From positions 64,356,001-64,420,000 of the forward strand of contig OZ241826.1 in assembly GCA_965202585.1 (NCBI GenBank): a DNA stretch of 64,000 nucleotides, written 5' to 3'. This DNA comes from Thalia democratica. Taxonomy: Eukaryota. Under the pieces are notes generated by a model. That model searched no databases. It had not been told where the DNA came from and saw nothing but the letters and a program-made list of their open reading frames with translations. A program made the position numbers and the translations under genes. The stretch's first letter is position 1. The number at the start of each line of letters is the position of its first letter. Below, piece by piece: positions 25,557 to 38,866 of this stretch.

Positions 25557-27095
25557 GTTAGTTTGACAGCTTTCTCAGCTTTTACGAAATCTTTTCTAAG
25601 TTTGCTAAAAACTATCAAGTTCAAAAAAAAATAATTTAAATTTTACCTGGGCAGAGCATGTTTTGTTAAATATTATATATTCTAAAAAAATCAAATGTCT
25701 GTTATATGTTTTAATGACAAAAGATTTTGAACGTCGTAAACTTAATAAGTTAGGTATTTTGAAAATTGTTGTTTTCATAATCCAATGAACTTGTTCGTTT
25801 AAACTTAGTATAAATGAAAATTGTTAGTGATTACTTTTTTTAATTTTTTTGTCTTTTAGTCATAATTTTTAAATATGTATAGTATACTAAAGTATAAGTA
25901 TACTGAAGGTTATCAATGTTTAGTTTTTAATATATAAAAATAAACTTTAAGTTTTATGAAAAAATTTCGTTGAAAAAGATTTACTATAAGCGACTTATAA
26001 GTTTAGTTAGGAAATACTACAAATACTGTTTTTTTTTTCTTTACCAGCTCTTTGATAATTAAAAACAAAATTAAAGAAATAAAGGTATTAATTAAACACT
26101 TTTAGTGCAAGCGATAATCTAGTTTAAACGGTTTAACAGGCTTTTTTTTTTTTAATAACGTACATAGATAATATTACATAATTTTTAAAAACTTTATTTG
26201 TTTTGTCTGAGTATAGGTAATGAATCGTAGTATTGTCTAACTAAGTAAGGTAGGTCTTGTACCTAAACTAATGAAGTTAAAAATTATACCTATAGATATA
26301 AAAACAAGTATTTTAAGCACAAGTAGTTTATTAATCTAACAACACTTTGCTGCCAACTCCGTAGAGCTGTTCATGTACTATTGGTAGCAAAAAGTTGTTA
26401 ATGCAACAAATTGTTTGCGGGTAGAAATATTTTGTTTTTATGTCTATAGAAGTATTTTTGATTTCTTTGATTTAAAAATTTACTTTAAGTTTTATTGGTA
26501 AATCTGTTAAACTTTTAAACTAGAAATAAAGTACATTAAAGTCAAACAAGTTTTGTCAAGGTATTTTTCGTAGGTATTTTTTGCTATTAAATATAATAAA
26601 GAAATCCCTTCAAATCGCCACGCACCAACTGACATAACATATGTTGAAAAATATTTTCAATCACTTATTTCTAGTTATAGGCCCACTTTCAAAAGCCCGT
26701 TGAAAGCTTCTTCTTTTTTCGGAAACACTTAATCAAACTAACGACGTTCGCTGCCGACTCCGTAGAGATGTATATAGCTTATGGGCAAGGAAACTTTATT
26801 AAATTAATAATAAATTAAAAGAAAAATTTTTTTTTTTTTTCCGAAGGGCTTTTCTTGGTTGGAACCTTAGAGTTTAAGGCCCTATTACGTTGCCCCTGAC
26901 GATTCTAAAGTCATTGTACAATTTGATAAACAAGACAGCAAAATATTAAATTCAAAGTATTTTAAACTTCTAAAATTTAATTAAAACATTTGTTTTGTTG
27001 AGACTTAAATATAAACTATATGCATTTAACGGGCCAATACTTTAAACTTTGAATAAGAAGCATAAAACTAAATTTTGATTAAAAAGTTTAAACAG

Positions 27096-27278
27096 TTTCT
27101 CAGCTGTGTACATTAATTTGTGCGATGATAGCAAAAATGCTACTTAGTGGATCATTCAACGTCAACTATGCTTATACTGGAGAAGTTTTCCCGACACTAA
27201 TAAGAAATCAAGCTTATGGAAGCTGCTCTTTCGTATCCAGAATTGCAGCAGTTTTGACTCCATTTTTAATCCACATAG
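27096..27278 (+). CDS. SLC22 transporter exon 9
   Basis: AMIAKMLLSGSF...YTGEVFPTLIRNQAYGSCSFVSRIAAVLTPF; 183 nt. Confidence 0.93.
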
Positions 27279-27989
27279 GTATGCTATGTATATATTGGGT
27301 AGGTAATAAAGTTATTTTATAGCTTACTAGCTTTACTAGCACACTTTAAATTTCTTACCTGTAGTAAAGTTTTTATAGTTTTATAAAACTAATATTGATA
27401 TTACTAGTTCTAATACGTAGTACATGAATTTAGTTTGCTTTTTGTCTAACTAGACTGTGTTGAGCACACTACTTAGTTAAAGATTAAAATTTAAACAGTT
27501 TAATGCAATATTCATTTAATTAACTTACGGTTCTCCCTAAAATAAATATAATCAATACTCCTTGTAAAATAAGTTTTATTAATTAAAACAACTGGATAGT
27601 TTTAAATTTGCATTTAGAATTATTATTTATGAAGCAATAAGGAATAAAATAATAAGCGAACTAAAATAAAGTTTTACGCTCGTGATATAAAATTATCAAC
27701 ATTGTAAATAAAAATTTAAAAAAAAGTTTGATAAAAAACTCTAATTTAAAAAAAACTGTTTACCACATACAATTAAATGTATTTACATTTTTGTACTTCA
27801 TTATAGGCTGTTGGAATTATTATTAAATTAAAATACAAAATAAATTACCTAAGTTCATCATTCACTTAGTAAAATATTTAACAACTTTTTGTTTATTTTC
27901 AATTCTTTTAAATTTAATGTTTTTGATCTTTTAAACATAAAAAAAACTATAACCTTGCAATCTATAAAACAAGTAACTATAAATTTCAG

Positions 27990-28125
27990 GCAAAAAGTAT
28001 TCTATGTCAATACCATATACAGTGATGAGTCTCGTTGGGATGCTTTGTGTGATGACTTTTTTTAAGATGCCGGATACTAAAGGAAAACCAATTCCAGACA
28101 CCATGGCTGATATTATGCAACAAGA
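27990..28125 (+). CDS. SLC22 transporter exon 10
   Basis: SIPYTVMSLVG...MPDTKGKPIPDTMADI (PETKG.PLP-type motif); 136 nt. Confidence 0.93.
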
Positions 28126-28593
28126 GTTAGTTTTTAAAACTTCTGTGTTTAAATTGAAAACTTTTTCTTGTAAGTTTTACTTTTTTCTAAATTTTGTAAA
28201 CTTTATGTATCAAAAAACATCCGTTTTACTCGAAAATTCCTAGTATTTAATGTAAATACAAATTAAGCATTTTTATGCTTTTTTAAACTGAAGTTAAACA
28301 ACATAACCCATTTAAGATTTAAATTTATGTATCTATAATTTCAAAATACTAATGATGTAATAACAATTGGTGGCTTATTTCTTCGTTTTTTTTTTGCTTT
28401 TACTTGTTAAGAAGCTTTTAAAGTTACATAACTAGGGCTTAACTAAGATAAAAAGCTTCAATTTTCTTTTAATAACGATATAAACCTTAGAAAACAAGTT
28501 CTATACGGTTGAAAAAAATTAAACTTGTTAATTCAACAAAAATATAAACAAAAGCTTGTCATTGCTTTTGGTGATAACTAAAACATTTAACAG

Positions 28594-28681
28594 ACGAGAA
28601 ATTAGATGTAGAAAACTTATTAGCTTCACCTGTCGGAAAAAAAGAGATGAAAGTTGTGAATCTGTGACATATGAAGTTTAA
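28594..28681 (+). CDS. SLC22 transporter terminal exon 11
   Basis: tttaacag|A CGA GAA... gives REIRCRKLISFTCRKKRDESCESVTYEV*; phase 2 matches exon 10. Confidence 0.8.
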
Positions 28682-31600
28682 TAACTTACAGCTTAGCTAG
28701 CTTGCACTGTTCATAGATAGATATTTACCATAAACTCAAAAACATACTACCTATTTTAGTATGAACTACTACCATATTTCTTATCTATAAAGATTTAAAC
28801 AATTGTTTTTAATGTTTTGTTTTTTAACTTAACTTTGGATATCGTAATTGTTATATTCAAGAAGATGTTAAAATAAAGGAATATAAAAATTTATACAACA
28901 AAAGCTTTTGCACAGTTTTATGTTTAATACAATGCCTGGTTTTATAATCAAACTTCGTTTTAAAACTTTTGTATGACTTCTTTTATTTGTTTTGTGGTGT
29001 TCGTAATTTTTTCGTAAAGTTACTTTTTTTTGAATAAATCGACATACTTTTCAACATAAAAGTAAACTAATTTATCCAAACACTTTTGAGTTAATAGTAA
29101 AAACTTCAAGTCTGAGTTAAGATAGATATTTTTCTTGTATTTTAAAGATGAACTAGTTAGAATTATATTTCTGGAATTAAAAAACCTCCAATGTTTTTGA
29201 AATACACAAATGAAGATAAATTATTATTTATAAAACGAAACTTAAACGCAGTTTTTGGTTACTCTTAAGGTTAAGTAGTTATTATTTATTTCCGTATGTC
29301 AATAATTTTAAACTGTTCCATATTTTTAAGTAAGAAAACATAACAAACAAATATGCTTCTTCACGCGTCTTTGTTTAAATTTATAAGTTTTAGCGATATG
29401 ATACTAGAAACCAAGCATGTACTAAATAAAAACACAACTGAGATTAAGACAAAACTCTTCAAAATGAACTAATGTAATGATTTTTTTTTTCTTGGCAGAA
29501 TCTTAAAGTTTAACTAATCTATTTCTCATTCAAACAATTTCCACCAAATCAATTTAGATTTAAGTTAGTACCCATCCGATTACTCACATTCAAATTGATT
29601 TTCTATTGATCAATAACCATTCGATATGTAAAATCTAAAAGAAATACTTTAATTTGTTATTAAAACCTAACCATTATTATATATAATAACCTTCTGACAT
29701 CTTTAAACAATATAAATAACTAATTTTGTTTATCAAAGTATCAAACTACATTGAGGCATCAGTTAACCAAAAGCTACCGGGTTCAGTGTCAAGCTTACTT
29801 TAGTTTCAAGTAATTTGGACTAATTAGGGATATATTTTTATATACGGTATCTGAAAAAACCTAACTCCAAATAAACTCTTTATTTCGTTGTTCTTACTAA
29901 GTATATGTTTAACTTAGTCGCTTCAAACTAATACAATTTCTTCATTTTAAATATCAGTATTTAGTTTATATAATTTTGATTTCGTCATTAAAAATAAAAA
30001 TGATTCAATTTAAGCGATTCAAATTAATCATCCATATGGTTCTTTTAATAACATTTTAATATTAACCGGTTAGTTAAAACTTAATGACATTTTAACTTTG
30101 TTTTTGTTATAACATTATACGTTAAAATAAAAAAGTTTAAGTTTGATATCAATATTATTATTTTATTTTTAATCAGTAAGTTTTAACCCTAAAACGATTT
30201 AATTTGGTTTGTTTGATCGTATTAACACTTTTCAAAGTTTACAAGTTTAAACCTGATTAAATTCAAGAAACTAGAAGCTATTTTTTATTATTTTCAATTG
30301 ATGGTGCTCTGATTTTTATTAATTGTCTAAATTAAAAACTAGAAGATTATTTAGTTTTTATGCAGTCGTAATTAACAATTAGAATACTAAGTATTTGTTT
30401 CATTATTAAAAAATATATTATTATTTAAGACTAATAAAGCTCGCCTAAATAAGTTCTAGCTTTGATTTTAAATCAAATAACTTAAATTGTATGTATTCTA
30501 AACGTCGTAGCATTTTGAACTGTCGATTTTTATATTTTATAAATTTAGTTGCAGCGCAATCTATAATTGTCTTAAAACTTATGGAATTTAATAAAGAAAA
30601 AAAAATTCTATATCCAAGTATATCATAAAATTTTATAAGAAGTCTTTACTTTAAATGTAAATAAAAAAGTATCTAAGATGAAAATAATTAAGAAAAATAG
30701 TAAAAAAATTTATACCTGTGCGTGATCGAAACCTGATGAAAATCTGAATTTAAATTATTGATAATCAAACGGAACGCAATTGCGTTGTTTGAAAATTATT
30801 TGAAAAAAATAATGATCAGAAGCGAATATATTTAGAAAGCGAATATGAAAAAGTTCTAATAAGAATTCAAATAAACTGAAAATCTTATGATTCGGAAAAA
30901 AAACCATTAAAAAAATCGGATCGGATTTATACTTCTCATTTTGTATCAATATATTGTTCGAAATTCTGTTGATGTTTTCAAACTATTATACTTTATTGTA
31001 TAAATACTAATAGGTGTTTTTAGTTTGTTAGTCTTTAAAATTTTCAATTATTTGCATTGCTTTAAAGTTTAAAACCTTTTATTATTATTTTAATGTCCTT
31101 TTAAACTGTTTCGTTATGTTTTAACGTTGAAAAGCATTAGAACAAAACAGTTACGCAGCAACTTTGTATATTTACTTTGTGACTTTAACTTACAGAAAGG
31201 CAAAGGAAGTGTGGTTATCTTAGTAAATATTGCATGAAAACTAAAATAAAAGGTGTAATATAATAATTTCTATGCTCACTGTTATGGTAAATAAAAAGAT
31301 GTGGAGAAAGACCTTGCGGTCATGTTGTTTTAAATTAAGTTTAAAATAATTGACTAAAAGAGTAAAAAAAATCTACAAAAACATGTTTTGTTTTTATAGT
31401 TTCAACTTTTTATACTTCAAGTAATACCATAAAAGGCAAATAATACCATTAGACAATAAAAAATATATTGATAAAAGGAAGTCTTTACTAAAATTATTTT
31501 ATTTGGAGGACCAAAAGTAAACTGTGTGCTCATATAAGCAAAGTTTTTATTAAGTTTTGTTTATATCGTTTTTAACTTACGATTAAAAGTGTTTTTAGTT

Positions 31601-31689
31601 TTTTATGTTGTAAATTACTTTAGACTGAACAAAAAAAAGCTCTCAATTTATGTAGATATAAGGAAACGAATTAGATTTTAATTTGAAGA

Positions 31690-31990
31690 TTATTAAAGAC
31701 AATAGTTTGTTTCACTCCTATTGTAGTTTATAAGAGATCTTTAGAATGAAAGTTTATTATAGATTACTATAGGAGTAGGAGTGAATCAAGGTTTTATGAA
31801 TAAACTAGGGTTTTAGTTTTGCAAGTTATTAAAAGTATTACAATGTTTCACTCCTACTCCTAAAGTAATCTATAAGAGATCTTTTAACTAATAATCTCTT
31901 ATAGATTATTGTAGGATATGTTTTTCTTATAATTTATTATAGGAGTTAGAGTGAAACATTCTATTGTTTTAAATAACCTGTAAAAATAAA
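31690..31990. repeat. Compound foldback of nested inverted repeats
   Basis: Motif tgtttcactcctactcctaaagtaatctataagagatc occurs forward at ~31709 and ~31844 and reversed at ~31758-31788, ~31893-31913 and ~31937-31960. Confidence 0.75.
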
Positions 31991-32684
31991 ACCTTAGTTT
32001 TTTAATTCATTTTCTATCATACTTTAAACGATTGTTGATGAACAGTTATAAATTAATATACTAACTGAATAGATTGAGAGCAAATGTTAATAATTTTCTG
32101 AATGTAATCTTTGTACAAAATTTTACATCTAGATGTGCACAATCTAAAGTACAAGTAAAACTAATAAAACCTTAAAAGTATTTAATAACTTCAAGTATAA
32201 ACATATTAAAAACTATAACCATTATAAATAACAAAGAAGAATTCATGTTATAAAAATAAAAGAAATAAAACAAATATTTTATTTAATAAAAAACCTTAAA
32301 TTTACTTATAAATTTAATAATAAAAGAACAAACATAATAAGTTTGGATTTTTTCAAATCTAAATGTGTTGTTTATTCTTGTATGTAGCATAATATGATAA
32401 AAAAAACAATTATTTGGTAGTTCAGTCAATAAAAAGTAGATCTCAAAATTTATAAAAGTTATGCATTTTATGGGTGTGTAAACAGTATATAAATAAAAAA
32501 GAAACATTGTGCAGATTATGGATTTAAAAAGCTTAAAGTGTTATTTTAAGAATACTCTCACTATTCATAAAAAATTCTGTACGTTGAAAAACACTGGTTT
32601 GTAAAAAGAGTTTACTGAGACAAACATAAATCCTAAAGTGCTTTTTTAGTTTTATACAGAAAACAATAAAACTTTCAGATGTAT

Positions 32685-32815
32685 GACCAGTCCTAGTCAA
32701 GACACGACATTAAACTGTATCCAATTGGTGTACGACGCGATAATCGAAAGGTTTTTTTCACACCAGATCCTAGGAACAATTAATTTGAGTACTTTCTTTT
32801 GTTCAGTAAATGATA
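32685..32815 (+). mobile_element. MITE family R1 arm
   Basis: gtgtacgacgcgataatcgaaaggttttttcacaccagatcctagg...gttcagtaaa matches the R1 consensus. Confidence 0.65.
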
Positions 32816-34112
32816 TATGTGTTATGTACTTCAACCGACTTTCATTTGATATATTAAAACGAAGTAAAAGACAAATAAAGTTTTATAAAAAAATTAAACT
32901 GTAATGTTCAGAGATGGATGCATTTGTTAAGGTTTGTACTGAACATTTTATAAAGAATCTGAACTATGCAAAAAATTATAAAAGAGTAAAAGTAAAATTA
33001 CTACATATTTTTTTTCAATTAATTAAATTTAATTTATCTAAAATATCATGATCAAAAGGTCTTTTTCCACACCAGTCCACTTTGAGCTTTCAAGTTTTTC
33101 TTTAACTTCTTTCATTTTAGTTTACATATATATCTAATGAAGTATTATATTTCTATTTGTAATTTTGTTAACTAAAGTCATTAAGTAAACATACAAAGTA
33201 AGGGTGTAACTGTTTCCTTTTTTTATAAATTTATAATGTTTTTGAACATTAAAGCAAAACAACTTAAAGAGGTATTAAATTAAAAATATTAAGTTTTAAC
33301 CATTCAAATAAAAGCTTTTACAGATGAAAAAAAAGCAGTACAAAACAAATTTGACAATAAAGTAGCTTTGTTTAATTAAATATTCAGCATGAAAAACTTA
33401 AGTTGTTTTTCAATTGATTTTATTATTATGCGAATGTAGTTTTTTTTTTTTGATTATTCATATAGTTTAAATACTTTTATTTACTGTTTTGCTGTCTTGT
33501 TCTAATGTACGCATTTAATAAAAGTTAGTTGTAATATATTAGATTTGATCATATAACTGAGAGCTTTATTTTTATGATATAAAACTATAAAATACTTTTA
33601 TTTCAAACTGAACTTTATGTACAAAACGTTTCAATTGAAAAATATTAGTAGTATTTCGGTATAGAGATTGATTTTGCTATCCTTTTCTACAAAATTTTCA
33701 AACAAATTAAGTTTTTTTAAGAACCCTTGAGCACATGCATGGGGCGATAACAAAGATTATAAAGATATTTATAAGATTGTATTTTAGATTTCAATTGCTT
33801 ATATACTTATTTTGGTTTAAAAAGTTTCTAAAGTTATCTAAACTTAGTTATGCTTAAATTATGTGGTTTGAATGAAGATTATGTAGATTACTAAAAGCAT
33901 TTTATAACTAAGATAGTTATTAACTTTATATAAATTTTAAGAATGTATTTAAGTTACACATTGTACACAGCTTGATTATGACATCATTTATTTTCGTACT
34001 CCGTAGATTTGCTCGTTAATGATAAAAGTTGGTTATGAATAGCAGACTTTAATGTAAAAATGATTATTGAGAAAAAGTATTTTTTATTTTTTATGTTTAT
34101 CGAACTTATAAG

Positions 34113-34234
34113 ATATTCTAAAGAGTTACAATGTTACCAATGCAAAGATGTTGTGAACATAGGGTCTTGTACAAATGAAATTACTTGTGATAGCAAAAAC
34201 AATGAAGAATTTTGCATAACCTCAGTGCTTTATG
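34113..34234 (+). CDS. Ly6/uPAR (three-finger) domain transmembrane protein, exon with Cys1-5
   Basis: YSKELQCYQCKDVVNIGSCTNEITCDSKNNEEFCITSVLYG; phase-1 donor at 34235. The exact acceptor (34113 or 34124) and the signal-peptide exon are unresolved. Confidence 0.85.
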
Positions 34235-35386
34235 GTAGGAATGTTAATTAATAATAAATTATAGTTAGAACAAAACAGGAAGTTTTTTATATTAACTAAA
34301 AGTATAACTAAACTTACTTTTTTTGTTTAAATCGATAATTTTTTTCTAGTTAAATATAAAGTGAATTATTGTGATTCAAATTTAATTAAATATAAATCTA
34401 AATTAAGTTATACTCAATTCAAAGTATTATAAAAACTTCTTGTTTTGCAGACTTATTTTTTAATTAAACTATTAAATAAAATATTATATTCCAATTTTAT
34501 AAAATATACCTGACTTGAAAAAAAATAATTATTGAGTATATGTATTACAATTTTCAAATATTGAAAGCTGTTGTGATTTTTAATATATTAAGTTGCTTAA
34601 AATAAATGAAAGATAACGTAATTAGTTTAACTTATATAACAACACTTCACTATTTTTCACAAAAAAAAGCGTAAGTCAACTTTACTTTAAGAAAATAGTT
34701 TTCATTTGATTAATTCGTAAAAAACTCTATTTTTTGAATTACTAGTTTATTAGATAAATTAGTTTAAGCTCTTTTTACTTTTTGACTAACTATAATTAAA
34801 ACTAAAAAAAACTACATTAAGTACTCTCTTTTTACCAATACTTTTTACTTGTTAAACTTATAAAACCAAGTTGTGTTATAAATAATCTTTATAATATAAT
34901 GTAAGGTAAACTGATATGGATACTACAAAGTGTACGTAGATACTTTTTTAATACGAGATTACCCATATAACAATATTAGACTTAGAGACGTAATTTTTAG
35001 AAATTGCAAGCAGCTTGTTTTAATGGCATAATGTTTGAACTAATACTGATTCAAAAATAACACTACTTCTTTTATCATAAGTACTAATACCTTCTTAAGT
35101 TGTTTTATAATGTTTACTTAAGTATATCGAAAGTTACATAATATTTATGACGAAAATATAGAATAACTTACATGGAATTAGGTCACTAACAATCTTATTC
35201 TGAGTTACAAAATCAATAAAAAACTATTATTAACATTTGTATGTTTTTTCATACTAAAATTTAAAAATACCTATACATTATATAATATTTCATTAGAAAG
35301 TCAAAATACTCATTTCTTATGTTTAATGAGCTGTGAAAAGTATATGATTAAAAATCCTTAGTTATTAAAAAGTATTAACTACGCAG

Positions 35387-35502
35387 AAATATCAAATAAA
35401 GGGTGTGCAAATACTACACAATGTACTCCTACAGAAAATGAAGTTTTGTCAAGAACTGAGCCAATGTACAAGTGCTGCCAAACTAATCTTTGTAACAAAA
35501 AC
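35387..35502 (+). CDS. Ly6/uPAR protein, exon with Cys6-10
   Basis: EISNKGCANTTQC...YKCCQTNLCNKN contains the CCxxxxCN terminator; phases fit both neighbours. Confidence 0.9.
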
Positions 35503-35504
35503 GT

Positions 35505-35604
35505 AATTTTATTTAACATTTTCATAAAGATTTACACAGATAGTTAAAGAAAAAAATTTTATTTAATATTTTCATAAAGATTTACACAGATAGTTAAAGA
35601 AAAA
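35505..35604 (+). repeat. 50-bp tandem duplication at the start of the intron
   Basis: aattttatttaa(c/t)attttcataaagatttacacagatagttaaagaaaa x2. Confidence 0.9.
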
Positions 35605-35751
35605 GTTCTTGTATTTTTTTTAAATACACTAATTTAGTTATTTAAAATAAATCATACAGTATTATATGTTTTGATTTATTGAAAATAATTTACAAAGACC
35701 TATACTTCTAGAGGAAAATTGATTTAATTTATTATTTCAATACTTGAATTA

Positions 35752-35786
35752 GTAAACTAAGTTTTGGTCAAAGACCTCGTCAGTAC
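35752..35786 (-). ncRNA. Hammerhead motif, left arm of intronic foldback (G12>A, probably inactive)
   Basis: Minus strand: GTA CTGACGA GGTC-ttt-GACC AAA ACT-t-AGT T TAC; same family as 14626-14660 with compensatory stem I. Confidence 0.65.
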
Positions 35787-35838
35787 TTATATGAATTATT
35801 ATTCAAATAGAATTCAATTTGAATTTTATTTTGTATAA

Positions 35839-35873
35839 GTACTGACGAGGTCTTTGACCAAAACTCATTTTAC
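35839..35873 (+). ncRNA. Hammerhead motif, right arm of intronic foldback (G12>A, stem III decayed)
   Basis: Plus strand: GTA CTGACGA GGTC-ttt-GACC AAA ACTCATT T TAC. Confidence 0.6.
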
Positions 35874-37358
35874 TAATTAAAGACTTGAAATAGTAAACTA
35901 TAAGTCACATAGTTGCAATAAAATTGAAAATAACTTTTTATTAGATGTTTTATGTTAAAGTTTAACAATATCATAAGGAAGTTTGTTTCAAATAAAAAAA
36001 CAACAATTAATATTTAGTAAATATAGTTTTACTGTTGAAATAAAATGAGCAAAACACCATAAATCAGCTATGGTTAAAAGACTACGATTTTTTTTTTACT
36101 TTTTCAGCAGCTATTAAAATCTGAATCTAAATTATTGTTGTCTATCATTTAAAAAACTCTTAATTTTTGTTATTATAGATCATTTTTTTAAGTTATCATA
36201 TAAACCTTATAATTTGAGCTTGTTTTTCATGTTTAGTAACTTATTAAAAAAACTAAATTATATGAAAGTTAAGGCATGGTTTTGTTTAATTTTTTTTTTT
36301 AACTCATAAAAAGTTTGTATCATATAAAAAGTATTTGTATAAAAGTTCTGTGAGTTTTCGACAGCAATGAATAACTGTATAAGCAAAATATAAATAAACA
36401 AGTTTAGTAAACACGTTTAAATTGAAGTTCAAAATTCTCTCACGAAAATAAAGCACATAGTGAGTAGAAAGACTTTTCGGTCATCGAACAACAAACCACT
36501 TTTTTACTTTAACTTTTCACAATTATAAAACAAACAAAGAAAAAAAAAGCATTTAACATTAAAAACTTGTACATAAATAAATAACAAAATGTAAAAAAAC
36601 AAAATATGACATTCAACTGACAATAACTTAACATGAAAAATAAAAGGTTGAATTAATTTTTGCTTTTAATAATAAGCTTATGCCTTTTTAACCGTTTTAA
36701 GTTGTAAAAATATATAAAATATTTTAGATTAAGATTTATATTCTTGTAGAATGTGAAATGTGTAATTATCTCATTAGAATTATTATATTTTTCAACTGAA
36801 AATATGTATTTGTACCTTTATTTTTAAACTTAAACAAGACAAACCACATAGAGAACACAAAGAAAGACACACGTAAACTGTTTACTATAACAAATTATAC
36901 ATGAGAAAGAAATAATATAAAAAATAACAAAGTTTTTTTTTTTTTAGATTTTAACAAAAATTTAAGTTAATAACTTTACTGGTCAACTTTTTTGAAGCAT
37001 GAGTATCAAAACTTGGTATAGTTATTTATTAAACGATGTTTTCTAATAGTCTAAAAAAATAAACTTTTTGTTATACAGTAAGGACTGCTCTCAAGTATTA
37101 GGTAAATATAAGTTTACTCCTAAAGACATATGAAAATTATACCCCCACTGCAATAAAATTAGTTAAACTACTAGCTTATTGTAAAAAATTTCCACAAATT
37201 AAGAAAAAGGTTATACCATACCATTCATACTTATTTTATACTTTTAACTAGTTTATTTTAAAACCTTATTTTAGAAATAAAGAACTTTTTCGTCGGTATT
37301 TTACTGATTATATTTTTTTAAGCTTTTAACTTTAGTATAATGTAAATTTTGATATCAG

Positions 37359-37574
37359 GTCAAGTTCGACGTTGATCCAGTGAACATACTTGAGCAGTCT
37401 ATAGGTCAGGATCCTGAAAGTTTCATGAAAGTTTTATTGGTGTTTCAAATTGTGCTAGTAACGATGTACATAATCGTAGTGACTTTCATCGTTCTACTCA
37501 CACCAAAGACAATTCACGATGAAAATGCAGACGAGCAAACAGTTAAAGACTCTCAAGGTCTTCTTGAAACATTG
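37359..37574 (+). CDS. Ly6/uPAR protein, stalk + transmembrane helix + cytoplasmic exon
   Basis: VKFDVDPVNILEQ...KVLLVFQIVLVTMYIIVVTFIVLLTPKTIHDENADEQ...; donor TG|GTAAGA at 37575. If unspliced it reads on to a stop at 37595. Confidence 0.8.
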
Positions 37575-38064
37575 GTAAGACAACTACTGTACTGAAGTAG
37601 TCACACACTTTAAAGAAATAAATGTTTATACGAAATAGGTTAATAACTTAACTAGTTTTAAACATTGCTCTTAAAATACTTAATGCTTCGAAACTGAGCA
37701 TAAAGAGAACATGAACTTGTTATAGAAAACTAATAATTATATATAAATATACTTTCACGGTCTAGGGTTTTCGCCGATTTTTATTTGATGTTATCACTAA
37801 GAGCGTACAAGCTGTTTCGCTAGTTGACAATGTACTTTAAGTTGCATGGCAGTTAAACAATCGTATATCATTAATTATATTAGCAAATGATAGTTTGTTG
37901 TAAAACGTGGTAGCTGTTCGTAAATTAACAACTACAGTTTTTTTTTGTTGACGACTGACTAGCGAACACAGTTACCATGACTTTAGCCTTTTATTTACCC
38001 TTGTGTTTGGTTTATTATATTTTTTTTTTATTTAAAATACTTTTGGAAACAACTTTTGCGAGTT

Positions 38065-38145
38065 TTAGTAAAAACGAAACTCGGGTTTCAGTCTATCGAG
38101 AGCTCAGGTCTGATGATCCAGATAATATGATCACAGCTTGTTCTT
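38065..38145 (+). mobile_element. Solo arm of the MITE at 62848-63190
   Basis: aaaacgaaactcgggtttcagtctatcgagagctcaggtctgatgatccagataatatgatc resembles 63070-63135. Confidence 0.65.
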
Positions 38146-38866
38146 AAAAACAATTTCATAAGAAAAAATTGCCTTTGTTCATTTTAAGCTTATGAATCGT
38201 CAAATAATAAAAAAAACATTAAACTGTTTGAATGATACTTCTAGGCAAAATAATTTTAATTTATTTAAAGGTAGCAATTAAAATGCTTTTAAATTAGTTT
38301 TATTATATTAAAGAAAAGTTTTTTTAAATGTCCTTAATATACTAGGATATATGACAATTAAAACTCTATAAAAAAGTATAAGGGACTACATCTTAAGAAG
38401 TAATTTAAATCTAAACAAAAAATTTGCTCGTGTACGTCTATTTAAAAAGATTATGATAGGAAGAAAAAGTGTTTTGAAAATATTAAAAGTTTAAATTCAA
38501 TATGACTAAAAAAGTCGTTTTTTAATCATATCTTTAAAAACATTTTGAATTATACGTAGGTCTAGTTGTTTTCAGGATGGTGATAAAAAATTATAAATAT
38601 GTATATATATAGCATAAAATACATAATTTACATTATTTCAGAATTTTTAGAATCAAAGTTGAATTAATTCATAAGTTCTTATAAACTATTAAAAAATGAT
38701 ATAAACGTGTTTTCAAAACTGTTGTTTTGTCAATTTTTTTTTACTAAACGTTTTTTATACAGTCTTTGGTGCGTGATAATTTAAAAGTAAATATGACGCT
38801 GTGATATCTGTATTTTTTTATCTATAAAAAATAGTATATTCAAAGTGTGTTTATAATAACAAACAG

